NCBI GenBank assembly: GCA_964395115.1
Contig: CAYMZX010000001.1
Coordinates: 14,751-78,750 of the forward strand
DNA length: 64,000 bases
Source: an uncultured Gammaproteobacteria bacterium
Lineage (GTDB): Bacteria > Patescibacteriota > Microgenomatia > UBA8517
Reading direction: 5' to 3'
Within the stretch, counting starts at the first letter, position 1. Every line of letters begins with the position of its first letter. Below are positions 63,564 through 64,000 of the stretch, piece by piece. Under the pieces are notes generated by a model that worked only from the letters and a program-made list of their open reading frames with translations, ran no database searches and had not been told where the DNA came from. A program made the position numbers and the translations under genes.

Positions 63564-64000
63564 TCAAAGGGGTTCAGGAGTGTCAAGGCCCATTTTGGAC
63601 AAGAAAACAAGAAAAGGAAAGACAACAACCGCATTTATTATCCTTTTGATCCTTGACGGCTGGATGAGCAGTCTCCATAACCACTCAAGCCCTCTTTCAG
63701 CCATCCATTTTGGCGGCATTCTGACATTTCCAGCGAGATAATCAAAAGCGCCACCAACAACCATTGCGCCACCAACATTGAGCTCATGAAGGTTTCTAGC
63801 GAGCCATTTCTCTTGTTTTGGGGCTCCGAATCCGACAAAAAGAAGTTCTGGTTTAAAACGATTGATCGCTTTTTTCGTATTCTCCTCAATTATCTTATTC
63901 CTTCTATTCAGGGGTTCTCCCTCCAAATTAAGATCAGGGCCGGCAGCGAATCCTATTTTTACTTTTTTCAAACTTCTTTTCAAGATTTCGGCCGCTTTTT
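63564..64000 (-). CDS. WecB/TagA/CpsF-family glycosyltransferase (partial, N-terminus beyond window end)
   Basis: C-terminal family motifs FVGFGAPKQEKWLARNLHEL...GGAFDYLAGNVRMPPKWMAERGLEWLWRLLIQP. Confidence 0.7.
   Translation of the reverse strand, partial: KAAEILKRSLKKVKIGFAAGPDLNLEGEPLNRRNKIIEENTKKAINRFKPELLFVGFGAPKQEKWLARNLHELNVGGAMVVGGAFDYLAGNVRMPPKWMAERGLEWLWRLLIQPSRIKRIINAVVVFPFLVFLSKMGLDTPEPL

Noticed and set aside
1-64000. CRISPR arrays, transposases or IS elements, integrases
   Set aside because: No regularly spaced direct repeats with unique spacers, and no DDE/serine/tyrosine recombinase motifs, were seen anywhere in the window.

Overview
This window reads as a gene-dense, low-GC, housekeeping-rich chromosomal segment of a small-genome bacterium. 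The gene content and architecture look like Candidate Phyla Radiation / Patescibacteria: archaeal-type ProRS, rpsB-tsf-frr with no pyrH, extended ribosomal proteins, minimal DprA, many ATGA-overlapping genes, standard code with TGA/TAA/TAG as stops. About 80 protein genes are recognisable from motifs. They include translation factors (efp, frr, tsf, ychF, def, fmt, a truncated RF1-like protein), aminoacyl-tRNA synthetases (cysS, archaeal-type proS, a HisRS-like catalytic core with no anticodon-binding domain) and replication/repair genes (dnaB, dnaX-ybaB-recR, ssb, topA-dprA, rnhB). Cell-envelope genes are mreB, PBP2, an O-antigen-ligase/TPR protein, CapA, and RseP/M50 proteases. Conserved ribosomal clusters are rpsF-ssb-rpsR and secE-nusG-rplKAJL. 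Five tRNAs are present: Leu-CAA, Tyr-GUA, Thr-UGU, Thr-GGU, Trp-CCA. The region downstream of rplL stands out most, because rpoBC is expected there. Instead there is a convergent ~6.3 kb minus-strand operon of three ATP-grasp amidoligases (one fused to a retropepsin-like DTG protease domain), a polytopic membrane protein and a small membrane protein. Immediately upstream of this operon are two proteins that share a near-identical C-terminal tail (R-M-R-W-K-E-T/V-A-P) encoded by a ~33-bp repeated 3' segment. I interpret this as a candidate C-terminal-tag-directed protein ligation/processing system. Other observations worth a second look are a decayed thymidylate kinase pseudogene coupled to a dNK-like kinase and thyX, a split formiminotransferase/cyclodeaminase pair, a Tat-signal protein with a CHAP/NlpC-P60-like C-terminus, a proline-rich ORF inserted between rplA and rplJ, and a 436-bp gene-free gap with strong hairpins. 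Coordinates taken from my own reading of the sequence (tRNAs, terminators, repeats) may be off by a few nucleotides; ORF-track coordinates are used as given. No CRISPR array and no transposase were seen.
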